A stretch of 64,000 nt of DNA. Source: an uncultured Planctomycetia bacterium (lineage in GTDB: Bacteria; Omnitrophota; Gorgyraeia; 2-02-FULL-51-18). Below, in pieces: positions 1-9,380 of the stretch (position 1 is the stretch's first letter; every line of letters begins with the position of its first letter). The notes beneath the pieces were generated by a model that saw only the letters and a list, made by a program, of their open reading frames with translations, had not been told where the DNA came from and made no database searches. The stretch is taken from NCBI GenBank assembly GCA_964606485.1, contig CAZSGP010000005.1, forward strand, positions 139,649 through 203,648, in the 5' to 3' direction. The translations under genes were made by a program, and so were the position numbers.

Positions 1-3000
1 TCCCTAATATGAGTTGGCCATCCTCATTAAAAGGTTGCGACGTTCGTATTCGTCTTTGTAATGACTTTTTTTGAGAATAGGTTTTCCGAAAGATGTCCTT
101 TCCAAAAAATGTTTCAAACTTCTCTTTTTCGGCGGTGGCTATGCTTTTAAGATCGCGCTCCAGGTTCCAAAAAACTTCTTTTGAAATTCCAACGGCACTC
201 GCGGACTCAGCCAAAGACATATCAAGAATGTTCCGATAAAGCCTTATTCTCTGCCCGGTTGTTGTCGTTTTTTCTAAAAGCTCCTCAAAAGGCATCCCGC
301 CATATTTAGAGGCCAGAACCGCCCATTGTGTGAACCGCAAATTCCTTTTTTTTGGGCCGCCTTTTTTTTCGTGTACCGCTACACAGTTGCCGGTTTGGAG
401 ACACACTTTAAAGCCAAGCGAGAGATCATTTTCATCGAGCGGATAAATCAATACCTCTTGATCTGTAAAATAACGGCCCAACCGATAACTTCTTCCCTCT
501 ACTAAAAAGCGCCCGGAAAGCCCTCGAGTCCTCACGTGAATCGGAAAGCTTTTCGCTTTAGGCTCTGCCGGCGGCTCAATGGGCATGTACTCCACCTTAA
601 AATATTGATTCACAGCACTTCGAATGTCGTCGGCAACCTTGACCGCGCGCCCGCTCTCAGCCTGCTCCCAGCGCTTAGGGCTAATTCCAAGCTTCTTGGA
701 AAATTCTGAAATCGACAGCGCTTCCGAAGCTCTCAATACAGCCAATCTTTTATGCGGCTCGACGGCTTCTGCCAATGCTTGGTCAAATGTTTTAGGGTGA
801 AAGGCCGCGTAATGCCTGCCTTCCGGCGTTAATTTGACTGAGTTTTTGTTTCTTCGAATAGTACCGATCCATTCTCCCCCAAGAAACACCTTTAAATTTG
901 AAGCGACTCTGACGAAAGTTCCAAAAAATTCCTTTCGTAGATAAATGTTCCGATCCCTAAATGAAAAATCTCCGTTTTTATTTACTTTTCTTTCAGCGGG
1001 CTGGCTTTGAAGTCTCGCGCCGTTCCTCCAAGCCAGTGTGGTTTTATTTTTTAGAGATGCGTCCAAGAAGGTGTCAACGCCTTCACTCTGAACACTGATT
1101 CGGTGACTGATTTCGCCGCTTGCCGCTTTGCGGCGGTGAAATTCGATTGCAAAACGCTGCCTTAGATTCCGCTCGTCATTTTCTACCGAGTTATAGGATT
1201 CATCCAAATAATCCACCTTGAATTGCAGATTCTTAGATTCAAATCCCTCTCTATTTAATTGATCGACGATGTATTCCACGTGTTCCCGAAGGCTATTTTT
1301 AGAGCCCTCGGCATCGATAAAAATATGCCCCAATCCAAAAGACACTTCCCCATTTTTTAGCGCTCTCACCGCCACGCCGGTGCAGGTGTTTAAAAAGTTC
1401 GTCTCCAATTTCACACCTGGAAACCGCCGCTCGCTAAAAAGCGCAAAATTAGGCGCTTTGACCTCAACCTCGTTGCCCAATCGAGTCACAGAAAAGGGGT
1501 ACTCCTCAAACTCGGCGGACGCCGGGAAAAGAAACACTCCCTCGGTTGTGGGAGTTACAAGACTTGGCTCATAATTTATATCATCGCGAGACTTGGCTAA
1601 ACGCGCGGCATCGGGAAGCGCCTTCGCCTCTTTCATAAAATCGGCATTCGAAATATTTTCAAGCGTACGCATGGAATGCGCAGAGCCGAGACCCGGAATC
1701 ATCGTCAACTTTTGGCCGAGCAGAATTTTTTCATAACGTTTAAGATTCGTTTCTTGCAAAACCTGCGGCGTTACGACAATGTACGAAATATTTTTCTTTC
1801 TCAGCAGTTCCTTTAGATTCTGCGTGTGGTAGCCCCCCGTAATCAAAACCGACAGCAACGGGTCCTGCCGGCGGTTGTCCGTTCGAAAACCACCTTCGGT
1901 GTTTTCGAGACGGACACCTACCGCCGTCACCCGTTGCTTTTCGATTTGACTCAGCATATTCTCTACAAATTTCTCATCGCGCAACTTCGTGAGCTTATAA
2001 AAATCTTCTGCGTTTTGAATTGCCGCCTCATAGTCGTCTTTTAAAAATAAAGCGTTCTCTGCCGGTAAGCTAAACTCCATTAACTTCTGATTTAAAAAGC
2101 CGGTTAAATACCGGATGTCATGTGACTTTGTATCAACGCAGAAACGCTTGAAGTCACGCGCTGAGAGAGAAAGATCCAAAAGATGTTTCAGCGTGCAAAG
2201 CGCGAGATCCGTCTCGATCAAGACGCGTTCATCACGCGATGCGGCAAGCTTTTCAAATAACTCTTGCTCCAAAAGACCTTGTTCTTCCAAAATTTTTCCT
2301 CCATCCATCCGTCTTAGTTTCCGATGTGCTAATCGAGGTTCACTTTTTATGAGCTTTTCAAAGTTTTGAAGATGGGGGTAAGAAAGCAGAGAGACCCCGT
2401 TATCTTGGGCACACAGGATGAGACTCTCCAAGTATGCGCTCGCTTTTAAATCACCTCTAGCGCACTGCTCTTTTTTTTCATCTAACTCCGAAAGTTTTGG
2501 ATTATAAATTCGCTTTTTTAGACTGCGCGCCGTTAAAAGTGCGCGATCGAGATATTCTTTAAACTCTTGCCGCTTGCTCGCCGCACGGCGGTAAATCTTT
2601 AAAGACTGCTCGTACAATGCTCGGTCTTCCACTCCCCACAGTGGAAAGGTCCGGTCGGAAGTGAGCTGAAGATATTCTTCGCCGTGAAGCACGCCGTTCT
2701 TAAGAAATTTTTCAGCGAACCGCTCTAAGTCTCTTTGATTTTTTTGAGTTCTCAGAAAGGAGAGGGAGCTCTCCCCAAATCCCCCTTCAACAAAAATTGG
2801 AGATTTAGAATATTTATTTAAAATGATTTCGAGCGTTTTGGATAAATTTTTCTGTGCAGAGGGGTTAGCGTGTGCGTCTTGAATCAGTATGACAGTTGGG
2901 CCATTCGGCGCGCTCCAGGATTCACCGGTTTCAGCCACTGATTTCGGAAATTTAAGCCCAGACGCCACTGATCTAAATGACAGAAACTCCTGGGACTTTA

Positions 3001-3088
3001 TTTCAGAATCCGCGAAGCAAAAGGGCTCTGAAATAAGGCCCAAAATAAGCGCTAGCGAAACTATTTTTATTGGATATTTAAACTTCAT
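1..3088 (-). CDS. Giant secreted multidomain protein, partial (C-terminus runs off window start). N-terminal module paralogous to the N-terminus of the 4818-aa protein at 42674..57130, with HTH(XRE)-like modules further C-terminal.
   Basis: Hand translation of the minus strand from the ATG at 3088-3086 gives MKFKYPIKIVSLALILGLISEPFCFADSE (signal peptide), then VILIQDAHANPSAQKNLSKTLEIIL...FVEGG. This aligns with IIHIQDAHTNVSAQKNISAILENL...FLEGG of the 4818-aa protein. The frame was checked codon by codon and is open in 3088-3050, 1981-1826, 1051-1010, 781-661 and 301-2. No other ORF of 60 aa or more is reported on the minus strand for 1-3100. It is absent from the ORF track presumably because there is no stop codon inside the window. 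It contains one NGARLQS motif and XRE-like stretches such as LSISEFSKKLGISPKRWEQAESGR. Confidence 0.7.
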   Translation of the reverse strand, partial: MKFKYPIKIVSLALILGLISEPFCFADSEIKSQEFLSFRSVASGLKFPKSVAETGESWSAPNGPTVILIQDAHANPSAQKNLSKTLEIILNKYSKSPIFVEGGFGESSLSFLRTQKNQRDLERFAEKFLKNGVLHGEEYLQLTSDRTFPLWGVEDRALYEQSLKIYRRAASKRQEFKEYLDRALLTARSLKKRIYNPKLSELDEKKEQCARGDLKASAYLESLILCAQDNGVSLLSYPHLQNFEKLIKSEPRLAHRKLRRMDGGKILEEQGLLEQELFEKLAASRDERVLIETDLALCTLKHLLDLSLSARDFKRFCVDTKSHDIRYLTGFLNQKLMEFSLPAENALFLKDDYEAAIQNAEDFYKLTKLRDEKFVENMLSQIEKQRVTAVGVRLENTEGGFRTDNRRQDPLLSVLITGGYHTQNLKELLRKKNISYIVVTPQVLQETNLKRYEKILLGQKLTMIPGLGSAHSMRTLENISNADFMKEAKALPDAARLAKSRDDINYEPSLVTPTTEGVFLFPASAEFEEYPFSVTRLGNEVEVKAPNFALFSERRFPGVKLETNFLNTCTGVAVRALKNGEVSFGLGHIFIDAEGSKNSLREHVEYIVDQLNREGFESKNLQFKVDYLDESYNSVENDERNLRQRFAIEFHRRKAASGEISHRISVQSEGVDTFLDASLKNKTTLAWRNGARLQSQPAERKVNKNGDFSFRDRNIYLRKEFFGTFVRVASNLKVFLGGEWIGTIRRNKNSVKLTPEGRHYAAFHPKTFDQALAEAVEPHKRLAVLRASEALSISEFSKKLGISPKRWEQAESGRAVKVADDIRSAVNQYFKVEYMPIEPPAEPKAKSFPIHVRTRGLSGRFLVEGRSYRLGRYFTDQEVLIYPLDENDLSLGFKVCLQTGNCVAVHEKKGGPKKRNLRFTQWAVLASKYGGMPFEELLEKTTTTGQRIRLYRNILDMSLAESASAVGISKEVFWNLERDLKSIATAEKEKFETFFGKDIFRKTYSQKKSLQRRIRTSQPFNEDGQLILG
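1854..1938. repeat. 85-bp near-palindromic hairpin element, copy 1 of 3, inserted in-frame inside the gene A coding sequence
   Basis: agcaacgggtcctgccggcggttgtccgttcgaaaaccaccttcggtgttttcgagacggacacctaccgccgtcacccgttgct. The core is near-identical to copies at 31328..31412 (inverted) and 40247..40331. It has perfect 10-bp terminal inverted complementarity and a UUCG tetraloop centre. On the minus strand it translates in-frame as [26 protein letters not shown] with no stop. Confidence 0.8.
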
Positions 3089-3129
3089 AGGTATGGGGCA
3101 GACTCCGTCCATCTAAAATGATTTCCAAA

Positions 3130-3158
3130 AGTATACCCAACGTCTGTAACTAATTCAA
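3130..3158 (-). promoter_or_regulatory. Candidate sigma70-like promoter for gene A (TTGAAT, 17-nt spacer, TATACT, read on the minus strand)
   Basis: The reverse complement of 3130-3158 gives ttgaat-tagttacagacgttggg-tatact, about 40 nt upstream of the ATG at 3088. Confidence 0.3.
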
Positions 3159-3216
3159 ATTGATGGGGATATATAAATTTAATTAAGTTTAAACGGTTTT
3201 ATACGCGGTTAAGCGA

Positions 3217-3567
3217 TCAGAGGATTTCTTTGAGGCGCTCGGCGGGGCGAGCAAGAATAGCTTTGGAGCCTTTTTCCACAATGGGCCGCTGAATAAGATC
3301 TGGGTGCTTCGCCATAAGCGTCAGCGCTTCCTCTTCCGTGATAGATTTGGAGGAAAGTTCCAGCTTTTTATAAATTTCCTCCTTGGAACGGAAAAGCTCT
3401 GAAGCCTTAATACCCATTTTACGAACAAGCTCTTTTAACTTTTCTTTCGACAGAGGCTCGGTGTAGTAATTTACAGATTTAAAATCAACACCGCTTTCCT
3501 GAAGCGCTTTGTAAACCTGGCGGCAGGTGGTGCAGGTTGGCTTTTGATAAACAGTGATTTTATCCAT
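3217..3567 (-). CDS. ArsC/Spx-family thioredoxin-fold protein
   Basis: 116 aa. N-terminal CTTC redox motif (VYQKPTCTTCRQVYKALQESGVDFKSVNY), typical of the ArsC/YffB/Spx family. Confidence 0.6.
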   Translation of the reverse strand: MDKITVYQKPTCTTCRQVYKALQESGVDFKSVNYYTEPLSKEKLKELVRKMGIKASELFRSKEEIYKKLELSSKSITEEEALTLMAKHPDLIQRPIVEKGSKAILARPAERLKEIL

Positions 3568-4750
3568 GAAAACTCTTTAGTTTTTCGATGATTTGAAGCA
3601 AAGTCACATCCGGCGTGGAAGCCCCAGACGTAATACCGATATTTTTTAAATTTTGAGGCATCCAGTTTTTTTTAATGCCAATCGATCCGTCTTTGGGATT
3701 GCGGCGATTGATTTCATTTTTAGATAAAATATCATCCGCCCCCTCGATGTGAAAGAAATGAAGCCTTGTGCCTGGCTGCCCATGAGGCAAGTCAGCAATT
3801 TCCGCCAGATGCGAAGTGTTTGAGCTATTAAATCCACCAACAATTAAGAGAAGGTCTAATTTTTTTTCGAGTAATTTTCGAAGCGCATCTTGACGGTCTT
3901 GGGTCGCGCCGCAAATCGTGTCAAAGCTTCTGAAGCGTTTTTTGGTTTCTTCTTCCCCGAACCGGTCCCTGAACGCCTGACGCAAAATTTCCTGAATGTC
4001 GAGCGACTCACCCTTCAACATCGTGGTTTGATTGGCCATGCCCATGGACACCGTCGCACTATCGAAGCTAAAATTTTCGAGTGCGGCCTTCGGATATTTT
4101 TTTAAAAAATCACGCTCGGAGACCTTGCCGCGAATGACATCGGAAAGCTCCATGGCTTCCTGTTTATTTTCGATGGTGAGGTAAGCCCCACCTTCTTTCA
4201 CCGCTTGCGACACCGTCGCGCGTGTTTCCTCGTGATTGCGCTTTCCGTGCATGATTGTGAGAAAATTATTTTTGGCATATCCTTCGACGCGTTTCCAAAC
4301 ATTTACAATGGCACCGCAAGTGGAATCGACAATGGTGACGCCTTTAGCTTTTAAATTTTCAATGTCCCTAAAATCCGTTCCAAAGGCCGCTACAACCACC
4401 ATGTCGCCTTCTTTTAAATCATCACAAACCAACAAGTTTTTAGAATCGCGTTTTAAATATTGGACACCCTTCTCCCGAAGCTTTCCGTTGATGTAGGGGT
4501 TATGGATGAGTTGATCCGTCAAAAAAATCCGTTTTCCGGCAAACCGGTCACAGGTTTCAAAAACCATGTCGATGGCTTTATCCACCCCGTAACAAAATCC
4601 GAAATGCTCCGGAAAATGAAACGAAAGATCCCCGACATTCCAAACACCTCCGGTTTCACGGATTTTCGAAATATCGCCGGCTTCATAATTTTCGTGGTGA
4701 TGCTTAAAACCTTCCCCGAATTCGTGGAGTTTTTTGATCACATTGGGCAT
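3560..4750 (-). CDS. ispH: 4-hydroxy-3-methylbut-2-enyl diphosphate reductase (IspH/LytB), with an N-terminal extension of about 50 aa
   Basis: 396 aa. Contains FGFCYGVDKAI, HNPYI and the C-terminal LLIVGGFNSSNTSHL...SGASTP motifs of IspH. Confidence 0.8.
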   Translation of the reverse strand: MPNVIKKLHEFGEGFKHHHENYEAGDISKIRETGGVWNVGDLSFHFPEHFGFCYGVDKAIDMVFETCDRFAGKRIFLTDQLIHNPYINGKLREKGVQYLKRDSKNLLVCDDLKEGDMVVVAAFGTDFRDIENLKAKGVTIVDSTCGAIVNVWKRVEGYAKNNFLTIMHGKRNHEETRATVSQAVKEGGAYLTIENKQEAMELSDVIRGKVSERDFLKKYPKAALENFSFDSATVSMGMANQTTMLKGESLDIQEILRQAFRDRFGEEETKKRFRSFDTICGATQDRQDALRKLLEKKLDLLLIVGGFNSSNTSHLAEIADLPHGQPGTRLHFFHIEGADDILSKNEINRRNPKDGSIGIKKNWMPQNLKNIGITSGASTPDVTLLQIIEKLKSFHG

Positions 4751-4761
4751 AGCTAGAACTG

Positions 4762-5442
4762 TTATTCCTCTGAAATAAACTTGTAGCCGATGTTTCGGAC
4801 GGTATCGATGAAGGTCGCGGATTTGCCTTCGATTTTAGAACGAAGTCTTCGAATGTGCACGTCGACGGTGCGCGTTCCGCCATAATATTCATAACCCCAG
4901 ACCTTGTTGAGAAGAACCTCGCGGGTAAAAACGGTTCCGGGGTTTGTGCATAAAAATTTCAGAAGCTCAAACTCGGTATACGTGAGGTCTATTTTCTTTT
5001 CACCAATGCGCACTTCGTATTTTGAAACATCGATGATCAGTTTTCCTTTTTGAATAATATTTTTCTGATCGATTTTGTGAAGCCGCTTAAATAGATGCTG
5101 AATACGCACCACGGCTTCAGTGAGACGAAGCGGGCGGTACAACACTTCTTGGATACCCGACGGAAGATCCGCTTTTTTCATTTCGGCTTCGTCGAGAAGT
5201 AGCACAATGGGGATCTCTTGCGTGCGCGGCTCTTTCTTAAAGGAATAGTACAAGTCGATGAGCTCAGTGTAACTGGCCTTCGGGTTAAAAATAATCAGAT
5301 CAGGCTCTTTTTCAACCGCATCGCGCACTGCCGACGACGGCGCCGCTAGACGAAGGGTAAAATGCGTCTCTTTCTTAAGAGCATCTTTCAGCTCAAGCCC
5401 TTGTTTATTTTGATCCCCAACAAAAAGAATGCTACCAACCAT
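4762..5442 (-). CDS. OmpR-family winged-helix response regulator with a degenerate (pseudo-)receiver domain
   Basis: 226 aa. The C-terminal LTYTEFELLKFL...TVDVHIRRLRSKIE...NIGYKF matches the OmpR/PhoB DNA-binding domain. In the receiver, the phospho-acceptor position reads DLIIFNPK (Asn, not Asp), the conserved Thr/Ser is replaced, and YRPL stands where KPF is expected. Confidence 0.65.
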   Translation of the reverse strand: MVGSILFVGDQNKQGLELKDALKKETHFTLRLAAPSSAVRDAVEKEPDLIIFNPKASYTELIDLYYSFKKEPRTQEIPIVLLLDEAEMKKADLPSGIQEVLYRPLRLTEAVVRIQHLFKRLHKIDQKNIIQKGKLIIDVSKYEVRIGEKKIDLTYTEFELLKFLCTNPGTVFTREVLLNKVWGYEYYGGTRTVDVHIRRLRSKIEGKSATFIDTVRNIGYKFISEE

Positions 5443-6270
5443 TTAGAGCCCCACAAGAGTTAAACCCGCTTTATCCGCTGATTCTATCATTTTTTGGGGG
5501 TCCAGCATGAGAGTCTTTTGAGCTTCTACCGCCAACACCGAACAGCCGCAAGACTTCATCAGATCCAATGTGTTAAGACCAATACAAGGCAGGTCAAAGC
5601 GCAGGTCTTGCGTGGGCTTTGCGGTTTTGACGATCACTGCCGCTCCATTTCCTAATTCGGCTCCACGGCGAATCGCGGCGTCGGTCCCTTCAATGGCTTC
5701 CACCGCGAGCACCACACCAAGTTTCACCACGACCGTTTGGCCAATGTCCAAACGCCCAATGGCCTTAGCGGCGCGGTAACCGATTTGAATATCTTTTTTT
5801 TCTTCCGCGCTTGGCTTTCTGTGCGTCATGACGCCCTTCGTTGCAACCGAGTTTTTTAAAATACTCCTTGCATCCACCACACTGACTCCGGCCTTGGCCT
5901 TTAAAAAAAATTGGAACGCACGCAATAAGTGATCGTCCCCTTTGTTATTTGAGCCTGCGAGCAAACCCTTCGCCGCTGGATCTAAGGACAATGAAGGGTT
6001 ATACATTTCCTTTTTAGGAATGCCTCCGGCCAAAACCACTTGGCGGATTTTATTCTGCTTTAAAAGATCGATTAATTTTGACACGTGTCCGAGCTCAATC
6101 TCATGAAAAGTATCAACCTGACCTTTAAGTCGGTGATCGGTCAGACCTTTGATTCCAAATGCAATAACGGGGCGTCCCGATGAAGCGGCTGCATTTGCAA
6201 ATAAAACAGGCAGCTCTCCGGTGCCGGCGACAAGACCTATCGCATCGGTCGATGCTTTTTTCCAAAACAT
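5443..6270 (-). CDS. lpxI: UDP-2,3-diacylglucosamine pyrophosphatase LpxI (DUF1009 family)
   Basis: 275 aa. IGLVAGTGELPVLFANAAASSGRPVIAFGIKG and KIRQVVLAGGI are typical of LpxI. It sits in the lpx cluster. Confidence 0.65.
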   Translation of the reverse strand: MFWKKASTDAIGLVAGTGELPVLFANAAASSGRPVIAFGIKGLTDHRLKGQVDTFHEIELGHVSKLIDLLKQNKIRQVVLAGGIPKKEMYNPSLSLDPAAKGLLAGSNNKGDDHLLRAFQFFLKAKAGVSVVDARSILKNSVATKGVMTHRKPSAEEKKDIQIGYRAAKAIGRLDIGQTVVVKLGVVLAVEAIEGTDAAIRRGAELGNGAAVIVKTAKPTQDLRFDLPCIGLNTLDLMKSCGCSVLAVEAQKTLMLDPQKMIESADKAGLTLVGL

Positions 6271-7082
6271 TAAGCCTCTTCCTCCTCCGAAACAGAAAGA
6301 GCTGCTAAGCCGATACCGCGTTTGGTTTTTTGGACAAATTCTAGAAGATGCGCAACGGCAGGATTAGTCTCTGAAAATTTTCTGACATTTTCCACTCGCT
6401 CTTTCATGGAAAGACCGGGATCCACTAATTCCTTGAGCGCTTTTTTAATGAGCAGTCTCTCTTGTGGTGAAAATCCAGCACGCTTGAGTCCGACCGCATT
6501 AGGTCCTTTAAAAAGGGCGGGGTGCCCGTCATAGGTTGAAAATGGGAGCACATCTTGCACGGCCTTCGACAAGCCGCCGGTCATGGAGAGTTTTCCAATA
6601 CGGACAAACTGATGAATACCACACAGACCTGAAATGACGGCCTGATCTTCCACGGTCACATGCCCCGCGAGGGCTGTTGAATTCGCAATCACAATATCAT
6701 TTCCCAACACACAGTCGTGAGCGATATGCGCATTCGCCATTATGAGATTCCGATGACCAATGATTGTTTTAGATCCTTCCATGCTTCCTAAATGCACAGT
6801 GACGTACTCGCGGAAACTATTTTCATCCCCAATTTGAATAAAAGCGCGGACTCCTTTTGCTTTTTTATCTTGAGGCTCCATACCGATGCAGGCAAAAGGA
6901 AACATTGTGCATTTTTTTCCGATCGTCGTTTGGCCCTCGATCACCGCATGGTGCATCACGCGTGTTCCGGTGCCCAGAGAAACGCCGGCGCCGATCACCG
7001 CATAAGCTCCGATCTCAACCCCCTCTTCCAAGCGGGCCGACGGATCCACCAAAGCCGTTGGGTGAATTAAAACTTTAGCCAT
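6270..7082 (-). CDS. lpxA: Acyl-ACP--UDP-N-acetylglucosamine O-acyltransferase
   Basis: 270 aa, with left-handed beta-helix hexapeptide repeats and an lpx-cluster context. Confidence 0.8.
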   Translation of the reverse strand: MAKVLIHPTALVDPSARLEEGVEIGAYAVIGAGVSLGTGTRVMHHAVIEGQTTIGKKCTMFPFACIGMEPQDKKAKGVRAFIQIGDENSFREYVTVHLGSMEGSKTIIGHRNLIMANAHIAHDCVLGNDIVIANSTALAGHVTVEDQAVISGLCGIHQFVRIGKLSMTGGLSKAVQDVLPFSTYDGHPALFKGPNAVGLKRAGFSPQERLLIKKALKELVDPGLSMKERVENVRKFSETNPAVAHLLEFVQKTKRGIGLAALSVSEEEEA

Positions 7083-7516
7083 TACGCGCCGTTGTCATCC
7101 ACTAATGCAAACATAATTTCGGCATCGCAGGCTTCTTCTTCCCCAACCAGCGCACGACCTTTCATAATCCCAACTTTTGATTTTATTTTGGTGATTTCAA
7201 TTTCTAAACGCAATTGATCACCCGGCACCACGGTTCTCCGGAAGCGTGCATTGTTGATGGACACGAGATACGCCAACTTCCCGCGGTTTCCGGTCTTCGA
7301 AAGCATTAAAACACCGCCGGCCTGAGCAAGGGCTTCCACCATTAAAACTCCCGGCATCACCGGTTTTTGTGGAAAATGTCCCTGAAAAAAAGGCTCATTC
7401 GCCGTCACATTCTTAATGGCCACCGCCTTTGTCTCCGACATTTCCAGTACCCGGTCCACCAAAAGAAATGGGTAGCGGTGCGGAAGAATTTTTTTTATAT
7501 CTTCGATGTTCAACAA
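7082..7516 (-). CDS. fabZ: 3-hydroxyacyl-ACP dehydratase
   Basis: 144 aa, with the hotdog-fold motif [12 protein letters not shown]...GHFP. Confidence 0.85.
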   Translation of the reverse strand: MLNIEDIKKILPHRYPFLLVDRVLEMSETKAVAIKNVTANEPFFQGHFPQKPVMPGVLMVEALAQAGGVLMLSKTGNRGKLAYLVSINNARFRRTVVPGDQLRLEIEITKIKSKVGIMKGRALVGEEEACDAEIMFALVDDNGA

Positions 7517-8331
7517 GCGGTTGCCTCCTTTTGTTTTAAAATCATCTGCGCTAATTTTTGGTTTAAGGAATGTCCGCTTCGAATCGCCACGACGCGTCCT
7601 AAAACAGGAAATCCTAAAAGCCCAAGATCTCCGATTATGTCTAAAACTTTATGCCGAACACATTCATCTGGAAAACGAAAACTATTTCCAATGGGACCAT
7701 TCGGACCAATCACCAAATTATTTTGAGACGTCGCTCCTTTTCCAAATCCTTTTTGGAGCAATTCCCCCGACTCTTCTTTCGAACAAAATGTGCGGGCTGG
7801 AGCGATTTCATTTTCAAATGTTTCTGGCGTAACGGTGATGTCTATCTTCTGCGTTCCGATGGCTGGAGAGTCATAACGCAAGAGGTACGCAATTTCAAGC
7901 TTGTCGGATGGAAACATCGCAATCGCTTTAGAATTTTCCCAGCAAAACACCGGTTCCTTTATGCAGTAGGGCTTAAGACTCGCTTTCTGCTCTAAAATGC
8001 CAAGTGATTTAATCCAGCTTACAAATTCCTTTGCGCTTCCATCACAGGCTGGTAGTTCCGGCCCTTCTACATGCACCGCAACGTTTGAGATGCCAAGTCC
8101 GACTAATGCCGATAAAAGATGTTCGACTGTCATCACACTTTCCGAGCCTTCCCCAATTGAACTTTGGCGGAGCGCTTGGCTTGAAGAAAAGGCGACCCTT
8201 TTCCCTTCTTTAAAAAATTGAATTCCAAAATTTTCGCTGGCCGGCTTAAGAGCCACCGAGCACATCGCTCCGGAATGAAGTCCAACGCCTTTGAGCAAAC
8301 CTTCGGAGGATACCGTACGCTGGGTTCGCAT
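7510..8331 (-). CDS. lpxC: UDP-3-O-acyl-N-acetylglucosamine deacetylase
   Basis: 273 aa. [18 protein letters not shown] and [13 protein letters not shown]...SGHSLNQKL are conserved LpxC motifs. Confidence 0.85.
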   Translation of the reverse strand: MRTQRTVSSEGLLKGVGLHSGAMCSVALKPASENFGIQFFKEGKRVAFSSSQALRQSSIGEGSESVMTVEHLLSALVGLGISNVAVHVEGPELPACDGSAKEFVSWIKSLGILEQKASLKPYCIKEPVFCWENSKAIAMFPSDKLEIAYLLRYDSPAIGTQKIDITVTPETFENEIAPARTFCSKEESGELLQKGFGKGATSQNNLVIGPNGPIGNSFRFPDECVRHKVLDIIGDLGLLGFPVLGRVVAIRSGHSLNQKLAQMILKQKEATAC

Positions 8332-9380
8332 TAACCCATCTTTCTTTTTAAAGCTTGAAGCTCCTTAAAAAGTTCGGGTAAACGGGCCATGACGGCCAAA
8401 ATTCTTTTTTGTTCAGTGATGTCCCTTGCGGGCTGCCCCAATACGACGGTGTTGTCCGGGATGGATTTTGTAACGCCTGCACCTGCACCAATAATCACAC
8501 GATTTCCGATATCCAGATGACCCACAAGCCCCGCTTGACCAGCCACGACGACCTGGTTTCCTAAAACGGTCGACCCTGAAATACCAGCCTGCGAAACAAT
8601 CATGCAATTTTGTCCAATTTCAACGTTATGCGCAATTTGAACGAGATTATCAATCTTCGTGCCCTTTTTAATCAGCGTCCGGCTAAAGCGCCCGCGGTCC
8701 ACACAAACATTGGCACCAAGTTCTACATCGTCTTCGATACAAACAATTCCTGTTTGGGGAATTTTAACGTGAACGCCATCGATCGTTTCATATCCAAATC
8801 CATCACTGCCGACCACCGTTCCGCTATGCAAGATAACCCGGTTTCCAATCTGAGAAAAAGCGCGAATTGTTACATGCGGAAAAATTTGGCACTGGTTCCC
8901 GATCACAGCTCCTCGACCGATAAAAGAGTGCGCTTCGATCACCGTTCCATCTCCGATTGAAACTTCTTCTTCCAACACAACCTGGGGGCCGATATGAATA
9001 TTCTGACCCAAGTGAACGTTCTTTTCGATCACGGCTGTCGCGTGAATGCCTGGCGCTTTAGAAATCACCATCGGTGTAAAAACAGAGACCACCTGGCTAA
9101 ACGCCATGGACGGATTAAGAGTGCGGATAATTGATTTTTTGGAGCTGGAAACGTCTTTGGTGGTAATAACTGCGGATGCTTTGGTTTGCTCGAGGTACGG
9201 AAGGTATTTGGGATTAGCTAAAAAGGTAATATCCCCTTTTTCAGCCTCTTTAATGCCGGCTATTCCCGTGATGGAGAGCTCGGGATCTCCCAAAAGCTCT
9301 CCACCAACGAGTTTAGCGATTTCGGATAGTTTTAAGCTTTTATTCCCGTCATTATTTTTTCTTTGTTGCGTAGGAATCAT
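8331..9380 (-). CDS. lpxD: UDP-3-O-acylglucosamine N-acyltransferase
   Basis: 349 aa, with a long hexapeptide-repeat region. It is adjacent to skp and bamA. Confidence 0.8.
   Translation of the reverse strand: MIPTQQRKNNDGNKSLKLSEIAKLVGGELLGDPELSITGIAGIKEAEKGDITFLANPKYLPYLEQTKASAVITTKDVSSSKKSIIRTLNPSMAFSQVVSVFTPMVISKAPGIHATAVIEKNVHLGQNIHIGPQVVLEEEVSIGDGTVIEAHSFIGRGAVIGNQCQIFPHVTIRAFSQIGNRVILHSGTVVGSDGFGYETIDGVHVKIPQTGIVCIEDDVELGANVCVDRGRFSRTLIKKGTKIDNLVQIAHNVEIGQNCMIVSQAGISGSTVLGNQVVVAGQAGLVGHLDIGNRVIIGAGAGVTKSIPDNTVVLGQPARDITEQKRILAVMARLPELFKELQALKRKMG

Noticed and set aside
1-3088. The HTH_XRE-like segments of gene A as evidence that it is a cytoplasmic DNA-binding regulator.
   Set aside because: The assignment rests on short pattern similarity only, and the protein begins with a convincing signal peptide. 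I report them as HTH-like modules without claiming DNA binding.
3646-3843. Nested minus-strand ORFs inside annotated genes. Examples are 3646..3843 in ispH, 8413..8607 in lpxD, 10577..10861 in bamA, 14438..14635 in ssb and 22759..23025 in ftsH.
   Set aside because: They are alternative frames of well-supported genes with no independent signals.
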